Below are positions 1 to 12,359 of a DNA stretch of 64,000 bases, piece by piece. A model generated the notes under the pieces. It was given only the letters and a program-made list of their open reading frames with translations. It was not told where the DNA came from and did no database searches. The translations under genes and the position numbers were made by a program. How positions within the stretch are numbered: position 1 is the first letter of the stretch; each line of letters starts with the position of its first letter. This DNA is from Chrysomallon squamiferum (Eukaryota > Animalia > Mollusca): NCBI GenBank assembly GCA_012295275.1, contig CM022670.1, forward strand, positions 30,752,001 through 30,816,000, read 5' to 3'.

Positions 1-367
1 GTACTATATTATTAATATTATATGCATTATTATTACTATTATTATTGTTGTTGTTGTTGTTATTATTGTTATTATTTATTTATTTATTTATATATGCATT
101 TCATTTCTTATGTTATAAATTTATCCTAATACAAATTTGTAAGATAAACATTATGTATATGCAGACGAAAAAGATCAATATCGTGCATTGTAAAAGTATA
201 TATTACCCATTTAGAATTATAAAGTATTTGCTCATATATAATTACAAATATGTTTTCCCATGTATATCTTATTTATTTCACTTAGGCATATTGTTGTACT
301 GAAAATAAATCCGTCCGTGCATAGAATATATGAATATTTAATAAAAAAAATAAAAAAAAAAAAAAAT

Positions 368-383
368 AAAAAATAAATAAATA

Positions 384-448
<65 letters not shown>
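368..448. repeat. (AAAT)n/(AAT)n microsatellite; similar tracts at 961-1038 and 1255-1304
   Basis: Read directly from the sequence. Confidence 0.95.
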
Positions 449-451
<3 letters not shown>

Positions 452-988
452 TATTTTAAATATGAAATCATTTATTTCATCAATTTATTTTTATTATTCT
501 ACATTTATACATGTCTGGACTAACATTATCCTCGTGTTACAAAATATAATATCACCTTGTGTATTACTCATTTTATAAAATAGAACATAACTAATTAATT
601 GACTAATTTTCTATATTATAATCTGGAAATATTCATGGATTCCGCTCAGAAACTTTACTAAATTTAATGTTATTTTTGGGGAATTATATATAATTTATTT
701 TATATTTTCATATTAATATATGTGTATTGCATTTCATTTTGATTTCTTCATACTTATGTTTAATCACTGCATATAAAGGTTTGCACAGAATATCTACTTT
801 ATATTTCTATATAGTTTAATACCATAAATGTTTCATATTATTTTCAGTTTTTATTTCAAGGTGTACTAATAACCTCAAATAAACATATAAATGTTATTAG
901 TAAAGCGCACAATTTAAGCTGTCGTATACACTTTTAAAACAAAAAAAAAAAAAAAAAAAATAATAATAATAATAAAATAATAAATAAA

Positions 989-1038
<50 letters not shown>

Positions 1039-1253
1039 TTAGGAACAATATTGTAAAATACACCGTCATTTTATCCCTTTATAACCGGCATTCTGAAGTT
1101 ATCTCTTAGGCCTGTATGATAGTCTGGTAACTATATTTTCCTGGCAACTCTAGAACTAACTATATGAAATTGGTGGTGACTAAATATTTTAAAAGCTAGG
1201 TGTTTTGTTGGTATTAATTAAGATTGTATCGAAAAACAAAACAAATCAAAATT

Positions 1254-1309
<56 letters not shown>

Positions 1310-3827
1310 CAATAATAAAACTTCAGAAAAATAAAATAAAAGTAATTAAAAAAAAAAGTATGACTTAGAAAGAATATGGAATATATTATGTATAACTCAA
1401 TAACTTTAATGAGAAGTACCATCATATACGTAAGGCTAGTGAATTCCCGTTCTGCTAAATGATTTCTTCTTTCGCAAGGTATGCAATTTATGCTTATAAT
1501 TCCAGAGATCAAATGAAAAATTGCTTACTCTAGTTTCATGTAATATCCACTTAAATTCAGCTCACAGACATACCTAGTAACACCTTACACGTTTAAAATC
1601 AAAGCATAATCTCTGCTTATTCTTTATGATTCTACTTCTTTTTTTTTTTTTTTCTTTTTTTTCCTCTGGGAGTTGGTGGTCAAATAATTTGTTCGTCTTT
1701 TGTCCTCTTTTGTCTTGTTTTTTCTTTTTTTGTTGTTGCGAGTTTTTGTTGTTTTGTGTCGAGTTTTTGTGCTATTGTCGCTTTAGTCTATTAGCTTGTG
1801 TTTCATTTTTTTACCTTTCCTATAATTTGTTTTTTTTCTATCGCTTTTATTTTTTATCTATTTATTTATTTAATTATTCATTTTATTATTTTTTCTCTCA
1901 TTTCCAGAGGTTGTTCTGTTTTTTTATTATTTCGTTTTTGTTTTCTAAATATGATGCTAATTTTGTTTCTTTTGAAAAGAAAATTGTATGTATAAGCCAT
2001 TTATTACAGTAATATTTATTGAATAATTCATTTACAATGTATATCTATAATAAGCATTAAATTTATTAACAACAATGCGTTGACTTCGCTTTAATATTAC
2101 AATGTTTTTTGTTTTATTTTATGTTATTTTGGTTTTACACTTATAGTAAGCGTTTTATATTTATCTTATAATGTAATTATGTTGCTCACAATAAAATTTA
2201 ATTAACCTAACCATCATAAGTGTTCTCCTTGATAGTATATACAATTAAAATCTAAAATTAAACATCCATAAATTAATTTTGGTTGCTTGTCACCGATAAA
2301 TTAAATAATTCAAATAAAACACAAGGATGAACGGAGAAAGTTGCACAATAATTTTAACTATAATGAAATCAACGCATTGCATTTATTATATTTTAGTTCG
2401 TTAAGAAAAGTAAAAGTTGTGCTTTAATTTTCGGGAAATATACCAGATATTCACTCCTATGAAATACTATATAAATATCGTTTTCTTTATATCACACTCG
2501 ATCCCTGTCGTATCAAAATCTGATTCTCATTGCTAGATTTACGTATAATTTATTATTTTATGCGTAAAAGGAAAAAAGAAATGCGTTTTTAATGCTTGAT
2601 CAAATACTGATTGAAATAAAACCTGTTTTGAGAACCTTTTTTCTTCACATCGTTTTTCATAAACGGAGTTAAGACCATTTTTATGTGTTCTGTACAACGG
2701 TTGTATTTCTGATCAAAAAGGTGGGTGTGTTACTATTAATAAAAAATAGTTTGAAAGAGACTGTTATTTCTTTGTTACTTCTTTTTGTCCTACGTTACGA
2801 CTCTATACAAAATAATTCATATTAAAAGAACTGCTCATTACTTTAAAGCTTGGATCTGAATATTAAATTCTGATGTACAGGAGTTACTGTTAAAATATAC
2901 TTTGTTACGTATTTATATAGAAGAAAATATGAAACGAGAGTTTATCATATGAACAAGAATGACATTTTTGTTTTTCTACGTTGACTGCTTTTATTAGAAG
3001 CCGACGCTCTACGAACTGTTCCTAAAAAAAATAACAAATAAGAATTGCTCGTCTGATAAGATCTTGAACAATAAACATGGGCGTGTAGGAATTAATATCA
3101 CAAGTTTCTTTGTTACCTTTTTGTAATTTTTTTTTTTTTTTTTTCAATAGTATTGATGTCACATCTTCACGTTTTGCTGCGGTCCACTATTGCTGGTGAT
3201 GCCATAGCTGGCCAAGTGGCGGTCGTGCAAACATGACCGGATATTCCAATCACTTTCCGTACCATCGAAGAAGCCATACTAGTGATTGCTAATTACTGAT
3301 TTCCAAACACGACAGTATCTATACATTGCCTTAATAAAAAAAAAAATTAAAAAAAATTAAAAAGAAATAAAAATATGTTACGTTTACTTAGATGTCAACC
3401 TAGTCAGCCTTGATGGCCCTACATCATTTAACAAGTAAAAAATATGTCAAGAAATTACATTATGCAGTTATTTTTGTATTAACGAAAAATGTACATTTAA
3501 AATCATTTTGTATTACTGTTTCCTTTTTGTGGTATTATAATACCTTTATCGAATTGTAAAATTTTATTAATAAAATATGGCAAGTAAAATCTTTTTCGAT
3601 TGATTCTAATGATCGTTTTCTTTTCTTTCTTTTTTTCTGGGAAAAATATTATGAAAAGGGCAGATGAACTCATTTTATATTATTATGACTTTTTTCTGAT
3701 GGTATTTGAATGCCCATGATCAGGTGAAAAATGACTAAACAAAATGAATTTCGAATTAAATATATTAAGTAAAGCTTAATAAATTCATGGTCATCGAATG
3801 AAAAAAAGAATTGCATTTATCTTATGC

Positions 3828-4045
3828 TTTAAATGAAAATGTTTTGTAAATACCCTTATTGATGCTGAATATGTTTTAAATGTTTTTCAAATGCAATAGT
3901 TTTGCAAATACCTTCACTGATGCAGATTATGTTTTAAATGTTTTTGAAACGAAAATGTCTGGCAATTATCTTTGTTGATGCAGATAAATATTTTAAATGT
4001 TTGTCAAATGAAAATCTTTTGCAGTTATCTTTGTTGGTGCAGGTG
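3828..4045. repeat. Degenerate ~57-59 bp minisatellite, about 4 copies, spanning the GT92-1 stop codon
   Basis: Recurring unit aaatgaaaat.ttttg.a.tta.c.tt.ttgatgcaga..atgttttaaatgttt, starting near 3831, 3889, 3946 and 4006. Confidence 0.75.
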
Positions 4046-5896
4046 GCCTTTAAAGTTTGATAAACAGCTCTAACATTTTTTATAAGTTCTCTACTGTATT
4101 TCCTGACAGAATCGTCTCTTACCATACTGCATTTTCTCATACTGCCACCTTTATACTGATGCAATAAGGCTATTTTAGGATCAACCACAACTTCTTTAAA
4201 TCCTTCACCATAACCATACACTCGATGAATCCCTATACTGGTTACACGCCTTGGCATCAAAATGTATTTAGATCGATGGTTATATTTCCAAATGTAATCT
4301 TCTCTCCATACTGTAGCCATCGTGTGCAAATTCATTTCTCTAATCGCTTTTCTTTCATTTGCCCCAAGTCCTTTAAAATCGTTTTTTGTTTTGATAATGA
4401 AATAGGAATTCAGAAACATAAATGAACCTGTCTTAGAATTCTTGGACAAGTAGAACGACAACAGCTGGTGCCAATTTTTGTGTTTGTAAGGAATTATTAA
4501 TTCATCTAAATCGTTAAAAGCAACAAACTTGAAGATGTTTCGATTTCGCAACCAGCAGTCATGGATGAAAGCCATTTGTCCGTGATAATGAATCAGTTTG
4601 TTGTCAACAGGTAGCTTCCACACGATAATGTCAGTTAAACCTTTTTGTTTATAATAATTCAAAACCTGCTGGACACTGGCCGAAGATTCTTCGTTATAGA
4701 TATAGATTTTACTGGCACCGAGAATTAAATTCATTTCCACAGTTTGAATGAATTCGTTAATATTACTGTATTGAGAATGAAGAGGTGGAATGCACACTGA
4801 AATGTCATTCGTCTCTGAGACTGCATCGGTGTATGCTATAGTCATAATATTTCGTGGTTCTGATGTTGACTTTCTTGTCGACACGGAGACAACATATGGT
4901 CTATTTTTAGTGCCGGACAGTGGACATAGAACAAACACGGCTGTATAACTGTAGATAAAACGAATTATGGTTTTAAATATTAATATAAAGACAGTTTATT
5001 GACTCAGGCACCTGGTTGGCGTCTTATCAAAGATAAATCAATTAGTCAGAAATTTTTAAACTGAGTCCTGCAATACTGTTCCATTTGATGTGAAAGAAAT
5101 ATTCTTTAATTATTTATTTTATATAAAATAAATTTGTTTTAATTTATTTTTATGACTTTGGGATAGTAATTTCAGTTATTATTGATTACTTAAGCAAAAG
5201 CTTCTTAATAATGTATCGATGTTGTATGTTAAATCTCTAAATATCTTCTGTCCATAAATGTTTTTAAGTAATATGCCTAAGAAATAAAATAATTTTTTTT
5301 TAATAAATAAACACTAATAATAGCGTTAAAACATATTAAAATTCTTACTCTTACCTTTTTTGGTGATTTTCTTCTATTTCTGATACATTACCACACACTG
5401 GTTCACTTTCTCTTTCTCCGTTATTATCTTTAAAAATGCACTGAATATCAAACAACTTATCACGAAGACCGATACCGATAATACGAATGGAGTTTTCCGG
5501 TTCATAAAAATAAGCCGAAAACACAAACAAATCCTTGCTGTCGTCAACTGATTGCCATACAGATGTCTCTGTGAAATTCCTCTTTTTGTCTTTATCTAAC
5601 TTTGTTTCGGTAATTTCTGTTGTAGATTTTGTTTGGTTTGGTTTAGCTTTCCCAGAGTTTAGAAAAATCTTTTTCTTTTCAATATGTGGCTGTCGAAGAT
5701 TTTCACTCAAGTTCGACGTTTTAATATTAAGATAATTTTTAAGATTATTGTCAAATTTAAGCATTGATTTTTTACCTGCATTATTTGAAATGACATTGTT
5801 AGTCACAGTCCAGTCGTAACATAGGAAAAATATTGTTAATAATAAAACTAAATACAAAATTCTCCTGAAAAAAAACCAGAATTTTATCGGCCGCAT
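3934..5896 (-). CDS. Glycosyltransferase family 92 (DUF23; GALT-1-like beta-1,4-galactosyltransferase), copy 1; 2 coding exons, 518 aa type II membrane protein
   Basis: Exons are 5896-5355 and 4948-3934, with a phase-2 intron (AG|gtaa ... tctacag|T) joining ENHQK-S-YTAVFVLCP. Has an N-terminal signal anchor (ILYLVLLLTIFFLC), VFSAY, VCIPPLH, EMNLILGA, HYHGQ..IHDC, a DxD motif (DLDE), RSKYI and LLHQY. These motifs match the GT92 family. Confidence 0.9.
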
Positions 5897-6645
5897 TGTC
5901 GCATTAATAGTTTATCTAATATCAACAAGAATTAATCCAGAAAACGTAAACAAAATAATAATTAAAAACAATAAAGATCAAAACGTCACACAATATTTCG
6001 CATTTGTTCTTTGAAGACAGTTTCTTATGTCCACACTGAAAGCCCCTTGCTAAATTCCATTTAAACTCAGTTGATAACAGTTTCAGAATTAATTTCATTA
6101 AATTCAAAATCGAAAAATCGTTGAGTTCAGATAAAAGATAGGTCGACCTAACTTCGTTGGAATGTTGTTGTCGTCTACCGATATGTGGATATCAGGTAAC
6201 CTGGTGTTGTTACTAGGTGTCCGACCAGCCAATCAGATATTCTGTTACATCTAACAGATTTCGGATTGTATGGCTGAATGCTCAGTACTCGTGTGTTATT
6301 ATCGCTAGAACTTTCACATTTGTTCAATACCAGAACTGTAAGATATAATATACGCTTGTGGGTATATGTACACTTGTGTGTATGTATATATGTGTGTGAT
6401 ATCAATCTGTCTATCTATCTATCTATCTATATATATATATGTATGTATGTATATACACACACACACACACACATCAACACATATGTATGTATGTATTTAT
6501 GTATGTATGTATGTATGTATGTATGTATGTATGCATGCATGCATGCATAATCAAAATCACGAGTTTATATTCACCGTATATAGCACAAAAGAAAAACAAA
6601 GACAAGTTTGGATTTTTAATTACAAGCTTTGTGAAGATTTTAAAT

Positions 6646-8489
6646 TTACAAATTTTCTTTTAACAGATTTTGTCGAAAGTTTAAAATCTGATATCTTTCT
6701 TTAACCTTCCTTAACAGAAGGTCGCTGTATTTTCTAACAAAGTCGTCTTTAACTTTCTCCCTCTCTCCTGACATCCATCGATAGTGGTGTAATAATCCAT
6801 CTTCAGGCAACACAACATATACTTTAAACCTTTTTCTGTACATGTTCTTGTCCACTAGATGAATTCTAACAGCTCGTACCCTTTCTGGAAGAACAATTTG
6901 TTTGCTTTTTACTTTAAGAGGGTATATGAAGTTTTCTCTCCAGACTCGAGGAAGTGGCGTTATTTTGAATCTCCATGCATCACTGGAGTTATTATAACCG
7001 TGGGTGTCAATCTTCCATTGTGCATTTGTGCGAAAAAACGTATTCAGAAACATCAGCGACCCAGTTTTTGGTTCACTTTCAATCACAGTTTGTATTAAAG
7101 ACAAACATGTTTTCATTTTTCGAGGAATAATTAACTCATCCATATCTGTATAAACTAAATACTTGGACCCGTGCAGATTTCTATACAAGCAGTCGTTAAT
7201 TACGACGTTTTGAGCGAAATAATGAATATCGTCTACCGGAATGTCCCACTGAACAGTTTCAAGAAGACCCGCTTTCTCGTATTCATCAAGAACGAGGCTC
7301 ATGTCTGCAGCAATGCTATAGTTGTACAAAACAAACTTTTGTGCGCCAAGAATTCTATTCATCTCAATGAAAGAAATAATGTTTTGTACATTCTTATAAT
7401 TCGAATGAAGAACCGTAAAGCAGACTGTTATATTATACTTTTTGGGGGACGGGTAGCTGATTTTTACGATGTTTCTTATACCGAATGATTTACTCATAGT
7501 GACTGAAACTGCATAAGGTCTGGTTCTTTGTTTCACAGAATACCTGGAATTTAATATGAAACCTAATTATTTTTATATTTTTCTAATTATTTATTTATTC
7601 GTCGTTATCATCGTTATCAGTATTATTATTATTATCATCATCATCATCATCATTTTACTGGATTTATTTTTCTTCTGTATTTTGTTTTTGATTATGAGAT
7701 AAATTGTGTCAAAGCTTCAGTTATTGTTCTAGATATTATTTCTTCCTCACTTCGTATATCCCTATATTCTGTCTCTGTTTTTCTGTATGTGCCTCGCACG
7801 TAATGGTAACTCTCATTCTGTATGTGGGCAAATGTATGAATTGTGTGTATATTGTGTGTGTATGTATATTAGGTATTTGTATACACATAAACGCATAGGC
7901 ATGTACATTACCTACGCATTTCTCTATCTATACACATATATTAAGCATTGTTTTACCTTCTTTTCATCACATCAGATAAATACCAAAGTTCCATGTCTGT
8001 TTCTTTGGGATGTTTATCATCAGCATCATTCCATACTAGACATCGCATCGGTGGTGTTGCCTTCAAAACTTTAGCGATTCCTAATACACGTATTTTATTC
8101 TCCAAATCATCCAGATAAGCTGTATAAATATAAAAACGGCAGCTGTCGTCTGCTACTTGCAAAGCTGTTGACATTAGCATTCTTTTTCGTAGAGCAGACG
8201 ATGCAGTTTCTTTTCCATGAAATATAACTTTATTATCATAATTACATATTTTGTTCTTTCTCGTTTTCACCATCGTAGATTTACTTCCATGAGCTGGTAT
8301 TACCCGATTTAATTTTGTAGTCGGTGCTGTCGCTAAAATACCGTAACTTTTTGGCTGTGCGCCAAGTTCATTGAAAGAGGCACTTGCTATTTCCAATCTA
8401 AACCACAGCGTCACGACTGGAATCATTCACAAAAGAAATGTCACAACTATAATAATTCTGTAATATTTCTGTCGAATAATCCAAGTCAT
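6646..8489 (-). pseudogene. Glycosyltransferase family 92 copy 2, disrupted (in-frame TGA at codon 21); a young pseudogene or a recoded gene
   Basis: Exons are 8489-7957 and 7543-6646, with the same phase-2 intron (AG|gtaaaa ... ttccag|G). The N-terminus reads MTWIIRQKYYRIIIVVTFLL*MIPVVTLWF, with TGA at 8429-8427. EMNRILGA, NDCLYR, DMDE and LLHHYR are retained. Exon 2 begins YSVKQRTRP and lacks the C-P segment found in both paralogues. Confidence 0.75.
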
Positions 8490-8967
8490 GTTAGGTGTCA
8501 AATCAGTCTTTGAATTTCAAACATTTATTAATATTATTGTAACATTTATTAATTAACTTCACACTATATGAAAAATAAGGTCAATGGAGAAAGCCTGCTT
8601 AGAACAAAATCGTTATCTAGATCTGGGGCACTGCCAAGTTTCTTTATTATCCACCCATAAGCAAATAACCAGTATCCATTGTATTACTACAACATAAAGG
8701 ACGGTCTGCATATAAGAACAGCTATGTGGTAACGCTCCTATTTCACTGAAGCACACGTACGGGCTCGAAAACTTCAAAGGGCCTTTTCTAATAAGTGGGG
8801 GGGGATGAATAGGTTATAAAGCAGTTATGCTTTATATATTTTAAAAATCGATATGTGGGCGACAGTGAATTATATAATGTTAATTTATTTATTTTCCTCT
8901 AACTGTGAATCGAAAAATGAAATAAATATATATATATATACATACATACACACATACTTATATATAA

Positions 8968-9009
<42 letters not shown>

Positions 9010-9194
9010 GTGTATATATTGTAAACTGACACATATCGATGTACAAACTGTGAATATAATGACATTTGGTGATTCAAACGTATAATTTGTGTTACAGTCG
9101 CCAAAAAGCAGGTAACACAAAATAAAGGCTTTGATCGTGTTTATTAGCCAAAACGTCCCCGCATGCAAACCAAGTTACCAGTGCATGTGCACAT

Positions 9195-9369
9195 TATTAA
9201 CTTGTACCTTAACTTGTGTTGTGTTTATTTCTCAAGTTGATAGATAAAGTTATTGATTTATATAGATTGCTGTCAATTTAGCGTTTATATTCCTTGTTAG
9301 GTGGCTGTTAATGCACCTTGTTACCCTAGACTGAGCCTTAATATAACATCCAAGATGTTTAATAGTGTG
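9195..9369 (+). mobile_element. Solo/partial LTR fragment of the Gypsy family found at 18.5-24.4 kb
   Basis: Aligns by eye with 18936-19112, sharing blocks such as ttattgatttatatagattgctgtcaatttagc and gcaccttgttaccctagactgagc, with many substitutions. Confidence 0.7.
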
Positions 9370-9898
9370 GACAGTGTCAGTGTGTGTGTCTAATTTTAAG
9401 AAAATTAAGTAGATATGTTTGGGGTTTTTATGGTGAAATATATATATAGTTTTTCTTTTATTGTTGTGATTATCAGTTATGAACCAAAAATAAATAAATA
9501 ATTATATATATACCTATTTTTAATCAAACTGCTGGGTATCACGATTTTGATATTATCTTTGGTGTTTATATTGTATAGAGGTACGTTTTTGAACAGTTTT
9601 ATTGTTGATTTTTTTTTTCCTCACTAGACAGTGGACCACAATTAGTTCACTAGTTGCTTTGTCGTAAATACTTTATGTTTGATACCAAATAGCCGCTGAT
9701 TAGACAATGTCTGAGGTGTCGTTAAACAAAAGTTTATGTCGACGTATAACTTGTAGAAGCATCACGTGACGCGCTAAAAATTGGTGTATCCTGGGGGCAT
9801 CGTGTGGTATATATTGGGAGTGTCTTGATGGTAAATAGTTGGTCCCATTATAGTCATCATATGTTAATATCAAGGTATGGTATTCTGTGGTTTTCTTT

Positions 9899-10124
9899 AC
9901 TATTTTTAACTGTCTTGATTACAAATTTAACTTTCAGTAATTATTAATATTAAAACAATTTTTAACTGTATGAAAGAATTGATTCATTAATTGTTAATTC
10001 TGATGGAAACAATAAAGAATGTAACTAACCCGCCAACACTTTCTCCCAGTAGTTTTGTTCTACTCAGATAAACTGCCTTTGGTGGTGATACTGCCCTACG
10101 AGCATCTCTACCCAAGTAATAGTT
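9899..10124 (-). pseudogene. Orphan duplicate of the 3' part of NDUFA7-B exon 3 plus adjacent intron 3
   Basis: Near-identical to ~16093-16330 (ctaacccgccaacactttctcccagtag ... catctctacccaagtaatagtt). It keeps the splice donor but has no acceptor or other exons. Confidence 0.85.
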
Positions 10125-10249
10125 TTAATGGCGCACTATTATTATTGTTGATCAGTGGTAAGACACACAGCGGGTGCGCAAACGCAACCGAATATATGAT
10201 CATGAGTTCGGATTGTCATCTGATCAGTAAAAAACTGAAATGGCTGCAA

Positions 10250-11155
10250 ACAAGTTTCGAGTCGGCCCGTTCTTGATGATCATCGACAGCTTAATTTCAG
10301 CACTGAGGGAACGTTTGCAAGCATATTAGGAAATCGGTAACAAGTTTGGCTTCTTGCGAAATTTAGTGTCGATGTCCGAGGAGCAACTGTTAAAATCGGA
10401 GGTGGCTTTCATTAACAAATATACAAATAATTTGGAGACAATCCTGGCAAACGAACCTCTTCAGATCGTGGCACTTCTCAACACGGAGTGTGGCAAGCGG
10501 GCTGCAACAACTGATCCGAGTGCTTCTCAGTCAGATGCTGCAGCTGATGATCAGGACAACTGGCGATGACAGGCGGCGGGACATTGGAGCTGCTCATTTA
10601 CCGTCTCATCAGAGATCACAACATGCAATCATGTATTCCTAATATTGAAATAATGCGATGCATGTATTTGTGTATGATGGTTACAAGTTTCACTGGGGAG
10701 AGTTCGTCTTCCAAATTGCGCCGCAAAAAAATGCACCAAGAACGACGATTTGACAAAAACGTTTAAATATGATAATAACACTGATTAGCATCGAATGCGA
10801 GTTGTTGAGAACGTTGACACTATGTCCATTATAAAAGTCTTTGTTCATATAAAATCTCGAAGGCGCGATACATACATTAATCTGAGCCTGAATCACACTT
10901 GTTTATTTGCATAAACTTTGATCCAGTTTTCGGGGCGTACATGCAGTTACATTATAGTTTAATGGCATTTGCTCTGATTTTTAATACTGTTTGCAAGATT
11001 CCTTTTGTTTCGACAATACATCCCACTGATTGTTCAAACATTAAGGTGGGTTTATGTTATGTGTAAAGCTAAGACGTGGGTTGAAGGGGGCCGTTTACTT
11101 TTGTAACTTCGCTATGTTTTGCTACGGGCCACGTAGTTGCTTAATCCAGCTCAGA
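10250..11155 (+). mobile_element. hAT DNA transposon 3' remnant (C-terminal dimerisation domain, degenerate)
   Basis: Broken translation PNIEIMRCMYLCMMVTSFTGESSSSKLRR..RLNMITLISIECELL matches the hATC dimerisation pattern (P..T..gERSFSKL..IK..RL..L..IE). Ends in gcttaatccagctcag, similar to a hAT terminus. Confidence 0.75.
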
Positions 11156-11198
11156 ACCATTGGTGTCCACTTGTAGGAATTACATTATTAAAAAATAA

Positions 11199-11218
11199 TA
11201 ATTATAATTATAATTATA

Positions 11219-11292
<74 letters not shown>

Positions 11293-11300
11293 GATTGTGA
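11199..11300. repeat. Compound (TAT)n(TGT)n microsatellite
   Basis: Read directly from the sequence. Confidence 0.95.
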
Positions 11301-11779
11301 TTGTGAGTGTTGTTGTTATTGTCATTATACTGCACAAAAAGTAATTATCAATAATTTTTAGCCGTTTTATCAACTGATGAGTAAAACTTTGAAGGCCTAT
11401 TTCACAAATACCTTCAGAGAATAATGTTTTGTAATAACTGAACTGAAATTCATATAGCCCTCTACGACACGAGGCCCTTAGAAACAGCTCTCTTTTCGAA
11501 CTGTAATAATGTCTGTGTCCTCTGACGTGAAAAAAGTTTGTTCAAGGGACATAACTCTGCATCAGCCCTGCCAATAAGCCAAGAAATATGGTTTTCGCCA
11601 CTGAAATGATGAACTTTTAATTGGCATTGATTGAATTAAAGTCTACACTAAATTGGCTACCAAATACTCTACAAGCCTCAAAATAAGATGATTCTGAGCT
11701 TATAGCGCTATTTTTTATTTTATATTATTTTTTGACCGACAGCAGAATATATCTTTTCGTAACTGCCAAACTGTTACAA

Positions 11780-12330
11780 TCACAAGTTATGATTTTACTT
11801 AGACGCAACACCCGCCCAGCATCCCGCGTCTTACTGGTTTGCTTCACATGGTTACTTCGCAGTGGAAGCATCTCTGTTGTGTTGTGCTCGCGTTTTGTGC
11901 AGTATTTTGCCAAATTTCCATGGATCCTAAGAAAGTGAGTGCAAAGGACAGTGCTGAGAAGAAGAAGCGGATGATATCCATTGAATTAAAGCTTGAAATC
12001 ATAGAAAAACATGAGCGAGGTGTACATGTAGTCAACATGGCTAGGCAGTATCAGCATAGTACTTTTACGATATGTATCATACTGAAACAGAACAAGTCGA
12101 TAAAGGCTATAATTGCAGCCAAGGCGTTAAAATAATTTCTAAGCTGCGGACATCTGTCGATGAAAAGATGGAGAAGCCCTAACCCTGTACACTTTACAAA
12201 ATCAATTTATTTCTTTACATTCTCTTTTGTTTTTAATACAATATTTGTCATTTATACATACATTTATCTTATTTAAAAACACATTACAAAAAATAGGAGG
12301 TTTGGGTGTTCTGGAACGGATTAATATTAT
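11780..12330 (+). mobile_element. Tigger/pogo (Tc1-mariner) transposon remnant with a CENP-B-type N-terminal HTH
   Basis: MDPKKVSAKDSAEKKKRMISIELKLEIIEKHERGVHVVNMARQY..STFTICIILK (11920-12135) is typical of a Tigger transposase N-terminus. It is truncated and the boundaries are approximate. Confidence 0.8.
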
Positions 12331-12359
12331 GTTAAAAGTATCTCATAGCAATTACAAAG

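Noticed and set aside
45-2012. Several 65-128 aa ORFs rich in Y, F, L and I
   Set aside because: They are translations of (AAT)n and poly-T tracts, with no protein-like composition or splice support. The same applies to similar ORFs throughout 37-63 kb.
3160-3330. GC-richer patch that looked like an exon
   Set aside because: The minus-strand frames I translated close quickly or give nothing recognisable, and I found no convincing splice-site pair.
4225-8074. Plus-strand ORFs overlapping the GT92 exons
   Set aside because: They are antisense shadows of the real minus-strand coding exons.
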